Shown here piece after piece: positions 24,188 to 32,869 of a DNA stretch of 35,305 bases. The stretch is from an archaeon. GTDB taxonomy: Archaea > Undinarchaeota > Undinarchaeia > Undinarchaeales > JALTGF01. Made by a program: the position numbers and the translations under genes. The stretch is from contig JALTGF010000040.1 in NCBI GenBank assembly GCA_027077325.1, positions 1 to 35,305 on the forward strand, written 5' to 3'. The notes under the pieces were generated by a model. That model ran no database searches and was not told the DNA's origin. It saw only the letters and a program-made list of their open reading frames with translations. Every line of letters starts with the position of its first letter. Position 1 is the stretch's first letter.

Positions 24188-24894
24188 GCGAAGAAGAGGT
24201 CACTGAGGAAGAAGAGATTGTTGAGGAAGTTGCCGAAAACATAGTTGCTGAAGAGAAGAAGGTAGAAACTGATTTAGATAGATGGGTGCCTAAGTCTGAA
24301 CTTGGCCAGTTAGTTAAATCTGGCAAGATTGAGTCAATTGAAGATATTTGGGCAATGGGAAAAGTAATCCAAGAGCCCGAGATTGTTGATTATTTGTTGC
24401 CTGATCTTGAGGAAAGAGTTTTAAAGATTGGAAAAGGGGCAAGCAGACCATTTAAATGGGTCCAAAGAATGACTGACTCTGGCAGGAGAAACAAGTATTT
24501 TGTTATGGTTGCAGTTGGAAACAAGAAAGGATATGTTGGAATTGGAATTGGCAAGGCCAAGGAATACGGAAGCGCAATAAAGAATGCAATAAGAAATGCA
24601 AAGTTAAACTTAATACGCGTGAAAATGGGTTGTGGCTCCTGGGATTGTGGTTGTGGAGAGCCCCACTCAGTACCTACAAAAACTATTGGAAAAGCAGGGA
24701 GCATTGAAGTTACATTGCAGCCAGCTCCAAAGGGAACTGGCTTAATTGTAAATAAAACTTCAAGAGATATCCTTGAACTTGCAGGCATAAAAGATGTATG
24801 GTCAATGACAAAAGGCCGCACGGCAGCAAGAGTAAATCTTGCAAAGGCAACCTTTAATGCACTTTATAACATTAACAGGGTGAAGGGCAAATGA
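24184..24894 (+). CDS. rps5: 30S ribosomal protein uS5 with an acidic N-terminal extension
   Basis: MGCGSWDCGCGEPHSVP and the GTGLI region are present. Confidence 0.94.
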   Translation: MSEEEVTEEEEIVEEVAENIVAEEKKVETDLDRWVPKSELGQLVKSGKIESIEDIWAMGKVIQEPEIVDYLLPDLEERVLKIGKGASRPFKWVQRMTDSGRRNKYFVMVAVGNKKGYVGIGIGKAKEYGSAIKNAIRNAKLNLIRVKMGCGSWDCGCGEPHSVPTKTIGKAGSIEVTLQPAPKGTGLIVNKTSRDILELAGIKDVWSMTKGRTAARVNLAKATFNALYNINRVKGK

Positions 24895-25349
24895 GCAAAC
24901 TAGCAGTTATCCGGATTCGTGGAACTACAGGCATAAGGTATGACATTTCAAAAACCTTAGATTTGCTTAACTTGAAAAAGCTGTACAATTGCGTAGTTTT
25001 AGATGACACTCCTTTAAATATTGGGATGATAAGAGATGCACAAAACTATATTACTTGGGGTGAAATTGAAAAGGGCACATTTACTAAACTAGTTAAATCT
25101 CGTGGAAGAATTGGCTCAAAGAAAATAAATGATGAAAATGCAAAGGAACTAAAATTTAAAGATGTCGAAGACCTTGCAAATTCTATTTATTCAGGAAAGG
25201 CAAAACTCGGTGTTTTGACAATGCCATTTAAGTTAAGCCCCCCAAAAAAAGGATTTGAAAGAAAAGGAATTAGGTTTAAGTACAAGGAAGGCGGTTCACT
25301 TGGATATCGGGGAGCTGGCATAAACAAACTTTTGGAGCGTATGATCTAA
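24891..25349 (+). CDS. rpl30: 50S ribosomal protein uL30
   Basis: LAVIRIRG is present, and the position is conserved. Confidence 0.92.
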   Translation: MSKLAVIRIRGTTGIRYDISKTLDLLNLKKLYNCVVLDDTPLNIGMIRDAQNYITWGEIEKGTFTKLVKSRGRIGSKKINDENAKELKFKDVEDLANSIYSGKAKLGVLTMPFKLSPPKKGFERKGIRFKYKEGGSLGYRGAGINKLLERMI

Positions 25350-25765
25350 TGAAGAAAATAAGGAAATATCGCGGAAGGAAAACAGGGCACGGCGCTAAGA
25401 AAAAGCATAGAGGCCATGGAAGCAAAGGCGGAAGAGGCAGGGCTGGCCTTGGCGAGAGTAAGCGCGGATGGAAGGAAAAATATGAACCAGACCATTTTGG
25501 AAAGCCATCCCTTAAATCATTTAAAAATGACCTAAAAGTCATAAATCTTGATCAAATTAGTTCTTTAATTGAAAAAAACAATCTAAAATGTTTAGAATTA
25601 AAGGACTACAAAGTTCTTGGAAGGGGCAACCTAAACCATAAGATCACAATACGTGCAAATAGCTTTTCAAGCAGTGCAATACAAAAAATTGAAAGTGCTG
25701 GCGGAAAAGTTGAATTAATTGGAAAAGTAAAAATTAAAAATCCTGAAGGTTCTAAATCCGAATAA
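25349..25765 (+). CDS. rpl15: 50S ribosomal protein uL15
   Basis: The Gly/basic N-terminus is RGRKTGHGAKKKHRGHGSKGGRGRAG. Confidence 0.92.
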   Translation: MKKIRKYRGRKTGHGAKKKHRGHGSKGGRGRAGLGESKRGWKEKYEPDHFGKPSLKSFKNDLKVINLDQISSLIEKNNLKCLELKDYKVLGRGNLNHKITIRANSFSSSAIQKIESAGGKVELIGKVKIKNPEGSKSE

Positions 25766-27174
25766 TGGCCTTAAAAGACCTATTAACTCACTTGCCAAGT
25801 TTGTCAAAGCCTGTAAAACGAATTGGTTTTAAAGAAAAGATAAAATGGACGGGCGTTGCCCTTATTTTATATTATGTCCTTGGCGAGGTAACCCTTTTTG
25901 GAATCCCTCGTGGTGCAACTGGTGATGTTTTTGGAGAGTTGAGAGTCATCTTAGCCAGTAATTTTGGTACGCTATTGACTTTGGGTATTGGGCCAATTGT
26001 TATGGCTTCAATTATCATCCAACTTTTAGCAGGTGCTGGCGTCTTTGAAATTGATATGAACACGGATGAGGGAAAAGCACTTTACCAGGGATCTCAAAAG
26101 CTCCTTGCAGTTCTCTTTACGCTTTTTGAAGGTGCCCTTCTAGTTTTGTCTGGGCAGATTTCCCCAAGCCCTGAGCTCATAGCCGCCAGAGGGGCAGGTA
26201 TGGCTGCAAGTATCTTAATACTTCAAATACTAATTGGCGGTATCCTAGTAATATATCTGGATGAGTTAGTGTCCAAATGGGGTTTTGGTTCTGGTGTTGG
26301 GCTTTTTATTGCAGCAGGAGTTTCACGATCAATTATGGTGAGGTCCTTTGATCCATTACCTCTTGGTCCGGGTCAGCCAATTAATGGGGCAGTGCCTGCT
26401 TTTATTGCCTCGCTTGCAAAGGGATCCTTCCAGTTCATAAGGCAAAACCCTAACGATATGCTCGCGTTTTCTGCAACAATAATTGTTTTCATAGTTACAA
26501 TGTATGCTCAAAGTATTAAAGTTGAGGTTCCTCTTTCATATGGGAGGATACGTGGGCTTGGCAGAAGATATCCATTGCCTTTTGTGTATGCCTCAAATAT
26601 GCCTGTTATTTTCATTGCTGCACTTCTTGCAAACATTAGGTTTTGGGTTGCCATAATGCAAAAAGGCGGGCATACCTTTTTAGGGTATTTTGATCCCTCT
26701 GGCCAGGCGCATGGGCTTGTATTTTATATGCTGCCTTATACTCGGTTTGCAAAGGATTTAATCCAACACAACCTTAGCTCCGTGGATGCAATCCATGCAA
26801 TAGTTTACTTTACAATAATGGTCGTTGGATCTGTCTTGTTTTCAATGCTTTGGGTTGGAGTTTCTGGAATGAATGCAGAAAGCCTTGCTGAAAAACTTTT
26901 AAATTCAGGAATGCAAATCCCAGGATTTAGGACTGATAAGAGGATAATCCAAAAAGTTTTGAACCGATATGTTCCTTACCTAACTGTGATGGGAGGTGCG
27001 TTTGTAGGCGCACTTGCTGCAGGGGCTGAATTTACAGGGGCCCTTGGTGGTGGGACTGGTGTCCTGCTTACAGTCGGTATTGTATACCACCTATATGAAG
27101 AAATAGCATCAGAACAACTGGTCGAGATGCATCCAGCCATAAGAAACTTCATTGGGGAGCATGGGATAATCTAA
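25765..27174 (+). CDS. secY: Protein translocase subunit SecY
   Basis: It is a 469-aa, ten-TM protein after uL15. LGIGPIVMASIIIQLL is the plug/TM2 signature. Confidence 0.96.
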   Translation: MALKDLLTHLPSLSKPVKRIGFKEKIKWTGVALILYYVLGEVTLFGIPRGATGDVFGELRVILASNFGTLLTLGIGPIVMASIIIQLLAGAGVFEIDMNTDEGKALYQGSQKLLAVLFTLFEGALLVLSGQISPSPELIAARGAGMAASILILQILIGGILVIYLDELVSKWGFGSGVGLFIAAGVSRSIMVRSFDPLPLGPGQPINGAVPAFIASLAKGSFQFIRQNPNDMLAFSATIIVFIVTMYAQSIKVEVPLSYGRIRGLGRRYPLPFVYASNMPVIFIAALLANIRFWVAIMQKGGHTFLGYFDPSGQAHGLVFYMLPYTRFAKDLIQHNLSSVDAIHAIVYFTIMVVGSVLFSMLWVGVSGMNAESLAEKLLNSGMQIPGFRTDKRIIQKVLNRYVPYLTVMGGAFVGALAAGAEFTGALGGGTGVLLTVGIVYHLYEEIASEQLVEMHPAIRNFIGEHGII

Positions 27175-27740
27175 TGGAAAAAACTATAATTGTAATTACT
27201 GGAACTCCTGGTGCGGGGAAAACAACTGTCCTAAATGAGGCGCTCAGTAAAATAGATGGTGAGATTAAGGTTATCAACTACGCTGAAATCATGCTTGCAA
27301 TTGGAAAAGAAATTGTTGGGAGTGAAGATCACGATCTAATAAGAAAACTTCCAGTAGAAGAGCAAAAAAAGCTGCAGAAAGCTGCCGCTGAAAAAATATC
27401 AAATGAGGCCAGTGGCATTACAATTGTAGATACCCATTCAACAATAAACACCAAAAATGGATATTTGCCAGGGCTTCCAGAGTGGGTAATAAAAGCATTA
27501 AGCCCAAAGACAATTGTTTTAATTGAGGCAAACCCTGAAGAAATTGCAGGGCGAAGAGCTAAAGACAAAAGCCGCCAAAGGGACCAGGAATCTATAAATA
27601 TGATTAAACTACAACAAGATGTAAACAGGATGTCTGCATTCTCAAGTGCAGTGCTTTGCGGAGCAACTGTTAAAATAATAAAAAACCATGACAACGGGCT
27701 TGAAGAAGCAGCAGATGAACTTGTGAGGTTAATAAAATGA
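27174..27740 (+). CDS. adkA: Adenylate kinase, archaeal type
   Basis: The P-loop is GTPGAGKTT, and the position after secY is conserved. Confidence 0.9.
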   Translation: MEKTIIVITGTPGAGKTTVLNEALSKIDGEIKVINYAEIMLAIGKEIVGSEDHDLIRKLPVEEQKKLQKAAAEKISNEASGITIVDTHSTINTKNGYLPGLPEWVIKALSPKTIVLIEANPEEIAGRRAKDKSRQRDQESINMIKLQQDVNRMSAFSSAVLCGATVKIIKNHDNGLEEAADELVRLIK

Positions 27741-28198
27741 ATATACTACAATACCCAACTGCATTTATCTTAATTGTTGCTATAATTATCTCTGCACTTC
27801 TAACCGTGGTGAATAAAGTTGTTATTGACCAAAAGCGAATGAAAGAGATTAACACTAAAGTAAAAGCATACAACAAAAGGCTTATGAAAGCAACTCGGGA
27901 AAAGAATGAGCCAGAATTACAAAGACTTGCAAAAGAAAAGCCAGTCATAATGCAAATGCAACAAGAACTAATGAAGATGCAAATGCCTCTATTTATCTCA
28001 ATGATACCTTTCTTTATTGTATTTTACTTATTAAAGATCTTAGCAAATGCACAAAACTGGGGTCAATGGCTATTGTTCCCATGGCACGCGTCTCTCTCGC
28101 TCCCACTGTTCGGCCGTGATTTGGGTTGGCTTGGGTGGTATGTTGTTTGTTCAATGCCATTTACTTCATTCTTTAGAAAACTACTTGGTGTTCAATAA
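27737..28198 (+). CDS. DUF106/EMC3-TMCO1-like membrane protein (archaeal Oxa1-superfamily insertase candidate)
   Basis: It has three TM helices and a coiled-coil hairpin KRMKEINTKVKAYNKRL...LQRLAKE. The position after adk is conserved, with an ATGA overlap. Confidence 0.7.
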   Translation: MNILQYPTAFILIVAIIISALLTVVNKVVIDQKRMKEINTKVKAYNKRLMKATREKNEPELQRLAKEKPVIMQMQQELMKMQMPLFISMIPFFIVFYLLKILANAQNWGQWLLFPWHASLSLPLFGRDLGWLGWYVVCSMPFTSFFRKLLGVQ

Positions 28199-28203
28199 AC
28201 GTT

Positions 28204-28752
28204 ATGGAGAATCAGGGTATTGTAATTACGATTGGTGGACCTCCAGGCTCAGGCACGACAACAATTGCAAAGGCAATTGCATCGCATTTTAACTTAAGGT
28301 ACCTTTCAACTGGAGAAATTTTTAGAAAAGTTGCAGAAGAGCGAGGGCTTTCTGTGCTTGAACTTGATGAAACTGCTGAAAAGGAAGTTGATTTGGAAGT
28401 TGACCGAATAAGCAAAGAGGAAGCAGCAAAAGGCAATATAATCCTTGAGTCAGACCTGGCCGCTTGGATGAATCCCCAGGCAGATGTAAAAATATGGCTT
28501 GATGCCTCTCTTGAAACAAGGGCAAAACGGGTTTTTAATGATGAAAAGAAACGAACTGCAGAATCTTATAACTCTTTAGATGAGGTAAAAGATAAACTTA
28601 AAAAAAGGTTTGAGGCAGACAAACGGAGATACAAAAATGTATATGGGATTGACTTGGATGACCTAAGTATTTATGATCTGGTGATAAATACTGAAAATTT
28701 AACAATTGAGGAAGTTATAAATAAGATTATATCATATATTGAAAAAAGGTAG
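28204..28752 (+). CDS. cmk: Cytidylate kinase, archaeal type
   Basis: The P-loop is GGPPGSGTTT, and the position is conserved. Confidence 0.87.
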   Translation: MENQGIVITIGGPPGSGTTTIAKAIASHFNLRYLSTGEIFRKVAEERGLSVLELDETAEKEVDLEVDRISKEEAAKGNIILESDLAAWMNPQADVKIWLDASLETRAKRVFNDEKKRTAESYNSLDEVKDKLKKRFEADKRRYKNVYGIDLDDLSIYDLVINTENLTIEEVINKIISYIEKR

Positions 28753-28761
28753 GTGATTATA

Positions 28762-29148
28762 ATGGATATTGGAGATACTGGTATCAAAATTGCAGGAAGA
28801 GAATCTGGTCAAATTTGTGCAGTAGTTGACAAAATTGATGAAAACTTTGTTATGGTTGTTGGCCCAAGGGTCAGAAGAAGGCGGTGCAATGTTGCACACA
28901 TCAAGCCTTTGCCGAAGAAGCTAAGCTTAAAGAAGGGCGCGAGTGATGCAGAAGTTATAGATGCGTTAATTAAATTAGGTCTAATCCGAAAGGAGGATGT
29001 TCCTGCCAAAAAACCTAAAAAGGAAAAGAAAGAGCAAGTAAAGGCACCTCGCAAGTCTGAAAAACCTGAAAAAAAGAAAGTAATCCCAAAGCTCAGCTTA
29101 AAAAAGAAAAAGCAAGAAAAAACGCCTAAAAAAGAGGCAAAGAAATAA
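28762..29148 (+). CDS. rpl14e: 50S ribosomal protein eL14 with a long Lys-rich C-terminal tail
   Basis: A KOW-like region G....I.GRESGQICAVVD is present. The start is placed at the ATG 5 nt after GGTGA (28752-28756) rather than the ORF-track GTG at 28753. Confidence 0.8.
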   Translation: MDIGDTGIKIAGRESGQICAVVDKIDENFVMVVGPRVRRRRCNVAHIKPLPKKLSLKKGASDAEVIDALIKLGLIRKEDVPAKKPKKEKKEQVKAPRKSEKPEKKKVIPKLSLKKKKQEKTPKKEAKK

Positions 29149-29174
29149 TATAGTCCCTTAGCATACTAACCCTT

Positions 29175-30155
29175 ATGGGACAACTGCCTTTTGAGAAAAA
29201 AAGAACTCTTTTAGTTAAGAGGGAAGAAGACATTTTAGAAGATTTTGGTTGCTTGCCTTACAAGCGACCTATTGAAGAATACTTAAACAAGGGTATTATC
29301 AATCTAAACAAGCCACCAGGCCCAACTTCTCATCAGGTTTCAGAATGGGTTAAGCAAATATTAAATGTCAAAAAAGCCGGTCACTCTGGGACGTTGGACC
29401 CTAAAGTTAGTGGCGTCTTGCCAGTTGGAATAAACGAAGGCACAAAAGTTTTACAAACGCTCCTTGTTGCTGGAAAGGAATATGTTGCTTTAATGCATTT
29501 GCACGAGAAAGTCCCTTCTGAAAAAATAAAGGAAGCCTTAAACGATTTTTCTGGAAAAATATTCCAAAGACCACCTCTAATTGCTGCCGTTAAGCGGCTT
29601 TTAAGAGTTAGGGAAATATACTATAATGAACTTCTTGAAATAAATGAGAAAGATGTCTTGTTTAAAGTTGGCTGCGAGGCGGGAACTTATATAAGGCGGT
29701 TTTGCCACGATATTGGTCTTGTGCTTGGAACAGGAGCGCATATGCAACAGTTAATTAGGACAAAAACAGGGCAGTTTAACATTAATGATTCAGTGCTTCT
29801 GCAAGATGTTGTGGACGCTTATCACTTTTGGAAAGAAGATGGCGATGAAAAGGAGCTCCGGCGAGTTGTCCAGCCAATGGAAATTGCACTTGTGCACCTT
29901 CCAAAGATAATTATTAGCGACTATGCAATTAATTCCGTTTGCCACGGTGCGCAGCTTGCAGCTCCTGGCGTTCTCAAAGTTGAAACAGGAATAACTCCTG
30001 GTGATCTTGTTGCTGTTTTTAGTCAGAAGGGCGAGGCAGTTTTCTATGGGCGCGCTTTGATGGGCTCGAATGAGATTCTAAAAGCAAAAAAAGGGTTTGT
30101 ACTAAAAACAAAGCGCGTGCTGATGGAACAAAACAGATACCCTAAAAGAACTTAA
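29175..30155 (+). CDS. cbf5: H/ACA RNP pseudouridine synthase Cbf5 (TruB family with a PUA domain)
   Basis: The catalytic motif is GHSGTLDPKVSGVLPV, and there is a C-terminal PUA-like region. Confidence 0.92.
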   Translation: MGQLPFEKKRTLLVKREEDILEDFGCLPYKRPIEEYLNKGIINLNKPPGPTSHQVSEWVKQILNVKKAGHSGTLDPKVSGVLPVGINEGTKVLQTLLVAGKEYVALMHLHEKVPSEKIKEALNDFSGKIFQRPPLIAAVKRLLRVREIYYNELLEINEKDVLFKVGCEAGTYIRRFCHDIGLVLGTGAHMQQLIRTKTGQFNINDSVLLQDVVDAYHFWKEDGDEKELRRVVQPMEIALVHLPKIIISDYAINSVCHGAQLAAPGVLKVETGITPGDLVAVFSQKGEAVFYGRALMGSNEILKAKKGFVLKTKRVLMEQNRYPKRT

Positions 30156-30158
30156 AAT

Positions 30159-30737
30159 TTAAATTGCTCCACCCATCATTGAGCCTAGTATTCCTGCCAT
30201 TATGGAATATGCTGCAATTATCAATACTATTGCTATAACTATTATGATCAATAGTGGTGCAACCCAACTAAGTGTTGCTTTTCCAATTGAGAAACTATGT
30301 GCCTCTTTCAATGCCAATGTTAACAAGTAAAGCGAATAAATGGCAACAATTAAATCAAGAAGTTTTCCAATATAGGGTATTGGCCTAATGATTGATGAGA
30401 TTATAAGTATTGCTGGAGTATAAAGGGACATCAAGTATATCTGTGGCATATAATCTCCACGGCCTCCGAAAATCTTTGCAAATATGTAGACAATGCCTCC
30501 CCAAATTAGCCATACTAATATTTGGCCAATTGCTTTGTAAATTGGACCAATTGTAAGCCCAATTATGCCAGTAACTCGTATTGTCCAAATTCCATCAATA
30601 ATGCCTGCAATTATTGCACCTAAAATTATATTTACTGCGCCATCGCCAAAGCTTGCATGAACCTTCTCAGATGAAAACGTTCTTTTTGGATCCTTAAGCG
30701 CATCAATCCAAATGTTAAAGATTGTTTTTAATTCCAT
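30159..30737 (-). CDS. Yip1-domain-like polytopic membrane protein
   Basis: It has five TM helices. It is a paralog of the C-terminal domain of the 33788-34666 product (LKEAHSFSIGKATLSWVAPL versus IKIAHNFETWKAALVWLIPL). Confidence 0.5.
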   Translation of the reverse strand: MELKTIFNIWIDALKDPKRTFSSEKVHASFGDGAVNIILGAIIAGIIDGIWTIRVTGIIGLTIGPIYKAIGQILVWLIWGGIVYIFAKIFGGRGDYMPQIYLMSLYTPAILIISSIIRPIPYIGKLLDLIVAIYSLYLLTLALKEAHSFSIGKATLSWVAPLLIIIVIAIVLIIAAYSIMAGILGSMMGGAI

Positions 30738-30784
30738 TAATTTACAAAAAGATTTTTCATTTAAATACTTTTCTCTTGAAAAAC

Positions 30785-30793
30785 TTAAATAAT
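30785..30793 (+). promoter_or_regulatory. TATA-like box (CTTAAATAA) upstream of tRNA-Ser(GGA)
   Basis: It lies about 30 nt upstream of the tRNA 5' end. Confidence 0.35.
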
Positions 30794-30821
30794 GGTGTAC
30801 ACAAAAGAGTCAATTAACATT

Positions 30822-30905
30822 GCCGAGGTGGCCCAACCTGGTAAGGCGCTACCCTGGAAAGGTAGTTTCCGAAAGGATATGCCGGTTCAAATCCGGCCCT
30901 CGGCG
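30822..30905 (+). tRNA. tRNA-Ser(GGA), type II, intron-less
   Basis: Acceptor GCCGAGG/CCTCGGC, anticodon stem CTACC/GGTAG, loop CTGGAAA, variable arm TCC-GAAA-GGA, T arm GCCGG-TTCAAAT-CCGGC, discriminator G. Confidence 0.92.
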
Positions 30906-31894
30906 CTTAAATTCAGGTCAACATCCATCTTTTTAAAGAGATGTCCAAACTGTTGTTTTCGAATCTCTTCAAGGTTTACTACGCTAAATGAGTGCGGTTG
31001 GAAAGTCTTTCCTAACTTGATCTTCCCTCTCTCTTTTTTAATAAACTTAAGTGCTTTCAGTATCTGTTCTGCCCTTTTAAGGGCTGTTGCCCCTGTCTCT
31101 TTAATTAACTCTTGATAGGCGTATCGCTTATGTACAAAAATCCTAACTCTCTTCATAGTGCCTCTTTTGGATTCATTGGAATAGTAAATCATCCCCTTCC
31201 TTGTACTTAGTTCATATGCTGTAATTGAATTTGAATATATGTGTATCATCAATTTTACGGGAGGAGACTCAGACACATCTTGCCATTCTCTCAACATATA
31301 CCCCAAGGAGTGCTTGGAATTGTAGTACCTGTATATACTTCGAAAGAGTGGGATGTTCTTTTCAAAAAACCTAAATTCAGGTATGCTATACCCCCTTAGC
31401 CCAAGGCCCGAGATAAACCTAGCGTCTCTAAATTTTTTTGGATTCTTACTTGGTGCTATTGAGAATATGCAAGTGAACCATGTCCAAAATAGCCGCCTAT
31501 TACTTTGGAATTCCCAATAACTTTTTGGATTTTTTAGCCCAAGGTTTGGGAGGACAGAATATTTCCTAAGTATGGCTTTAGCGCCTCCATGTTTTCTCAA
31601 AATATTGTAAATTGTTGTTCTATCTGCCTTAATCAATCTTATAAGTTTTTTCTCATTAACTCCCCCATGCTCTAAAACATAATCAATGACAATTCTTTCT
31701 CTCTCTAAATAAGACATTGGAATTGGGACGCCCGTCCATTTTCCATCTTTTTGTTGTTCTCGCATTCCGGATATCAATTCAGAAAGTCTAGATTCACTTA
31801 TGCCCAATTCTTTAGCTATTTCTCTCTGGGAAATTCCAGGATGTTCAACTAAAATCTTTGCAATTTCAGCATATCGCTTAGAACTTGCACTCAT
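30887..31894 (-). CDS. Hypothetical protein with two N-terminal HTH motifs; its 3' end overlaps tRNA-Ser(GGA) antisense
   Basis: The HTH candidates are PGISQREIAKELGISESRLSEL and VNEKKLIRLIKADRTTIYNIL. I see no recognisable catalytic motif in the remaining ~230 aa. The last six codons (SAEGRI) are the reverse complement of the tRNA 3' end. Confidence 0.55.
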   Translation of the reverse strand: MSASSKRYAEIAKILVEHPGISQREIAKELGISESRLSELISGMREQQKDGKWTGVPIPMSYLERERIVIDYVLEHGGVNEKKLIRLIKADRTTIYNILRKHGGAKAILRKYSVLPNLGLKNPKSYWEFQSNRRLFWTWFTCIFSIAPSKNPKKFRDARFISGLGLRGYSIPEFRFFEKNIPLFRSIYRYYNSKHSLGYMLREWQDVSESPPVKLMIHIYSNSITAYELSTRKGMIYYSNESKRGTMKRVRIFVHKRYAYQELIKETGATALKRAEQILKALKFIKKERGKIKLGKTFQPHSFSVVNLEEIRKQQFGHLFKKMDVDLNLSAEGRI

Positions 31895-31969
31895 AACTAG
31901 AATATGGCTATCGTTCTATAAATCTTTAATTGAAAACATTAAAAAGTAGCAGATACAATACCATTTTCT

Positions 31970-32869
31970 ATGGAAATAACATTTCTTGGAACTACAGCAG
32001 GATTGCCAACAAAGAAAAGAGCCCATCCAGCTATAGCTTTAAGATATCAAGGAGACCTGTTTTTATTTGACTGTGGGGAAAACGCGCAGAGGCAAATGAT
32101 GCTCGCCGGCCTGAGCCCAATGAAGCTAAAAGCAATTTTCTTGACTCACTGGCACTTTGACCACTCGCTTGGGCTTGCTGGTCTTATGGAAACTCTTTCT
32201 TTACTTGGAAGAACTGAGCCTTTAGAAATTTACGGCCCAAAAGGGACTAAAAGCGCGATAAAACATATCCTAAAAATTGGCTATGAGCACAAGTTAAACT
32301 ACAAATTAAATGTAAATGAAGTTGAGCGCGGAGAAGTTTACAAGGGGAAAAACTTCAAAATTTCCTGTATTCCTGTGAAGCATTCAGTTCTGGCAATTGC
32401 ATATAAGTTTGTTGAAAATGATAAGCCAGGCAGGTTTAAAGTTAAAGAAGCTAAGAAACTCGGGCTTAAAAAGGAACAGTATGGGATTTTGCAAAAAGGA
32501 AAGCCAGTAAAAGTTGGAAACAAAACAATAAAGCCTGAGCAAGTTTTAGGCCCAAAGAGGCCAGGCATAAAAATTGTTTACTCCGGAGACACATTGCCTC
32601 TTAAAGCATTAGAAAAATTTGCAAAGAATGTAAACCTTTTAATTCACGAGGCAACTTTTGCAGATGAAATGAAAGATTATGCAAAAGAAAGATTTCATGC
32701 AACTGCTTCCCAAGCGGCGACAATTGCAAAAAATGCAAATGTTAAGCAGTTAATCCTAACGCACATAAGCCCAAGATACAAAACTGATTCTTCCTTGCTC
32801 AAGGAGGCAAGAAAAATTTTCAAAAACACAAAAATTGCAAAGGACTTTATGAAGATTGAAATAAAATGA
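31970..32869 (+). CDS. rnz: Ribonuclease Z (tRNA 3' endonuclease, metallo-beta-lactamase fold)
   Basis: The HxHxDH motif is LTHWHFDH. The N-terminus is FLGT....P and the C-terminus has LTHIS.RY. Confidence 0.9.
   Translation: MEITFLGTTAGLPTKKRAHPAIALRYQGDLFLFDCGENAQRQMMLAGLSPMKLKAIFLTHWHFDHSLGLAGLMETLSLLGRTEPLEIYGPKGTKSAIKHILKIGYEHKLNYKLNVNEVERGEVYKGKNFKISCIPVKHSVLAIAYKFVENDKPGRFKVKEAKKLGLKKEQYGILQKGKPVKVGNKTIKPEQVLGPKRPGIKIVYSGDTLPLKALEKFAKNVNLLIHEATFADEMKDYAKERFHATASQAATIAKNANVKQLILTHISPRYKTDSSLLKEARKIFKNTKIAKDFMKIEIK

Noticed and set aside
30906-31969. A direct repeat of the tRNA-Ser(GGA) 3' end that would delimit an integrated element (attL/attR).
   Set aside because: Reading the sequence between the tRNA and rnz, I found no second copy of TTCAAATCCGGCCCTCGGCG or an obvious fragment of it. 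The integration idea therefore stays a hypothesis only.
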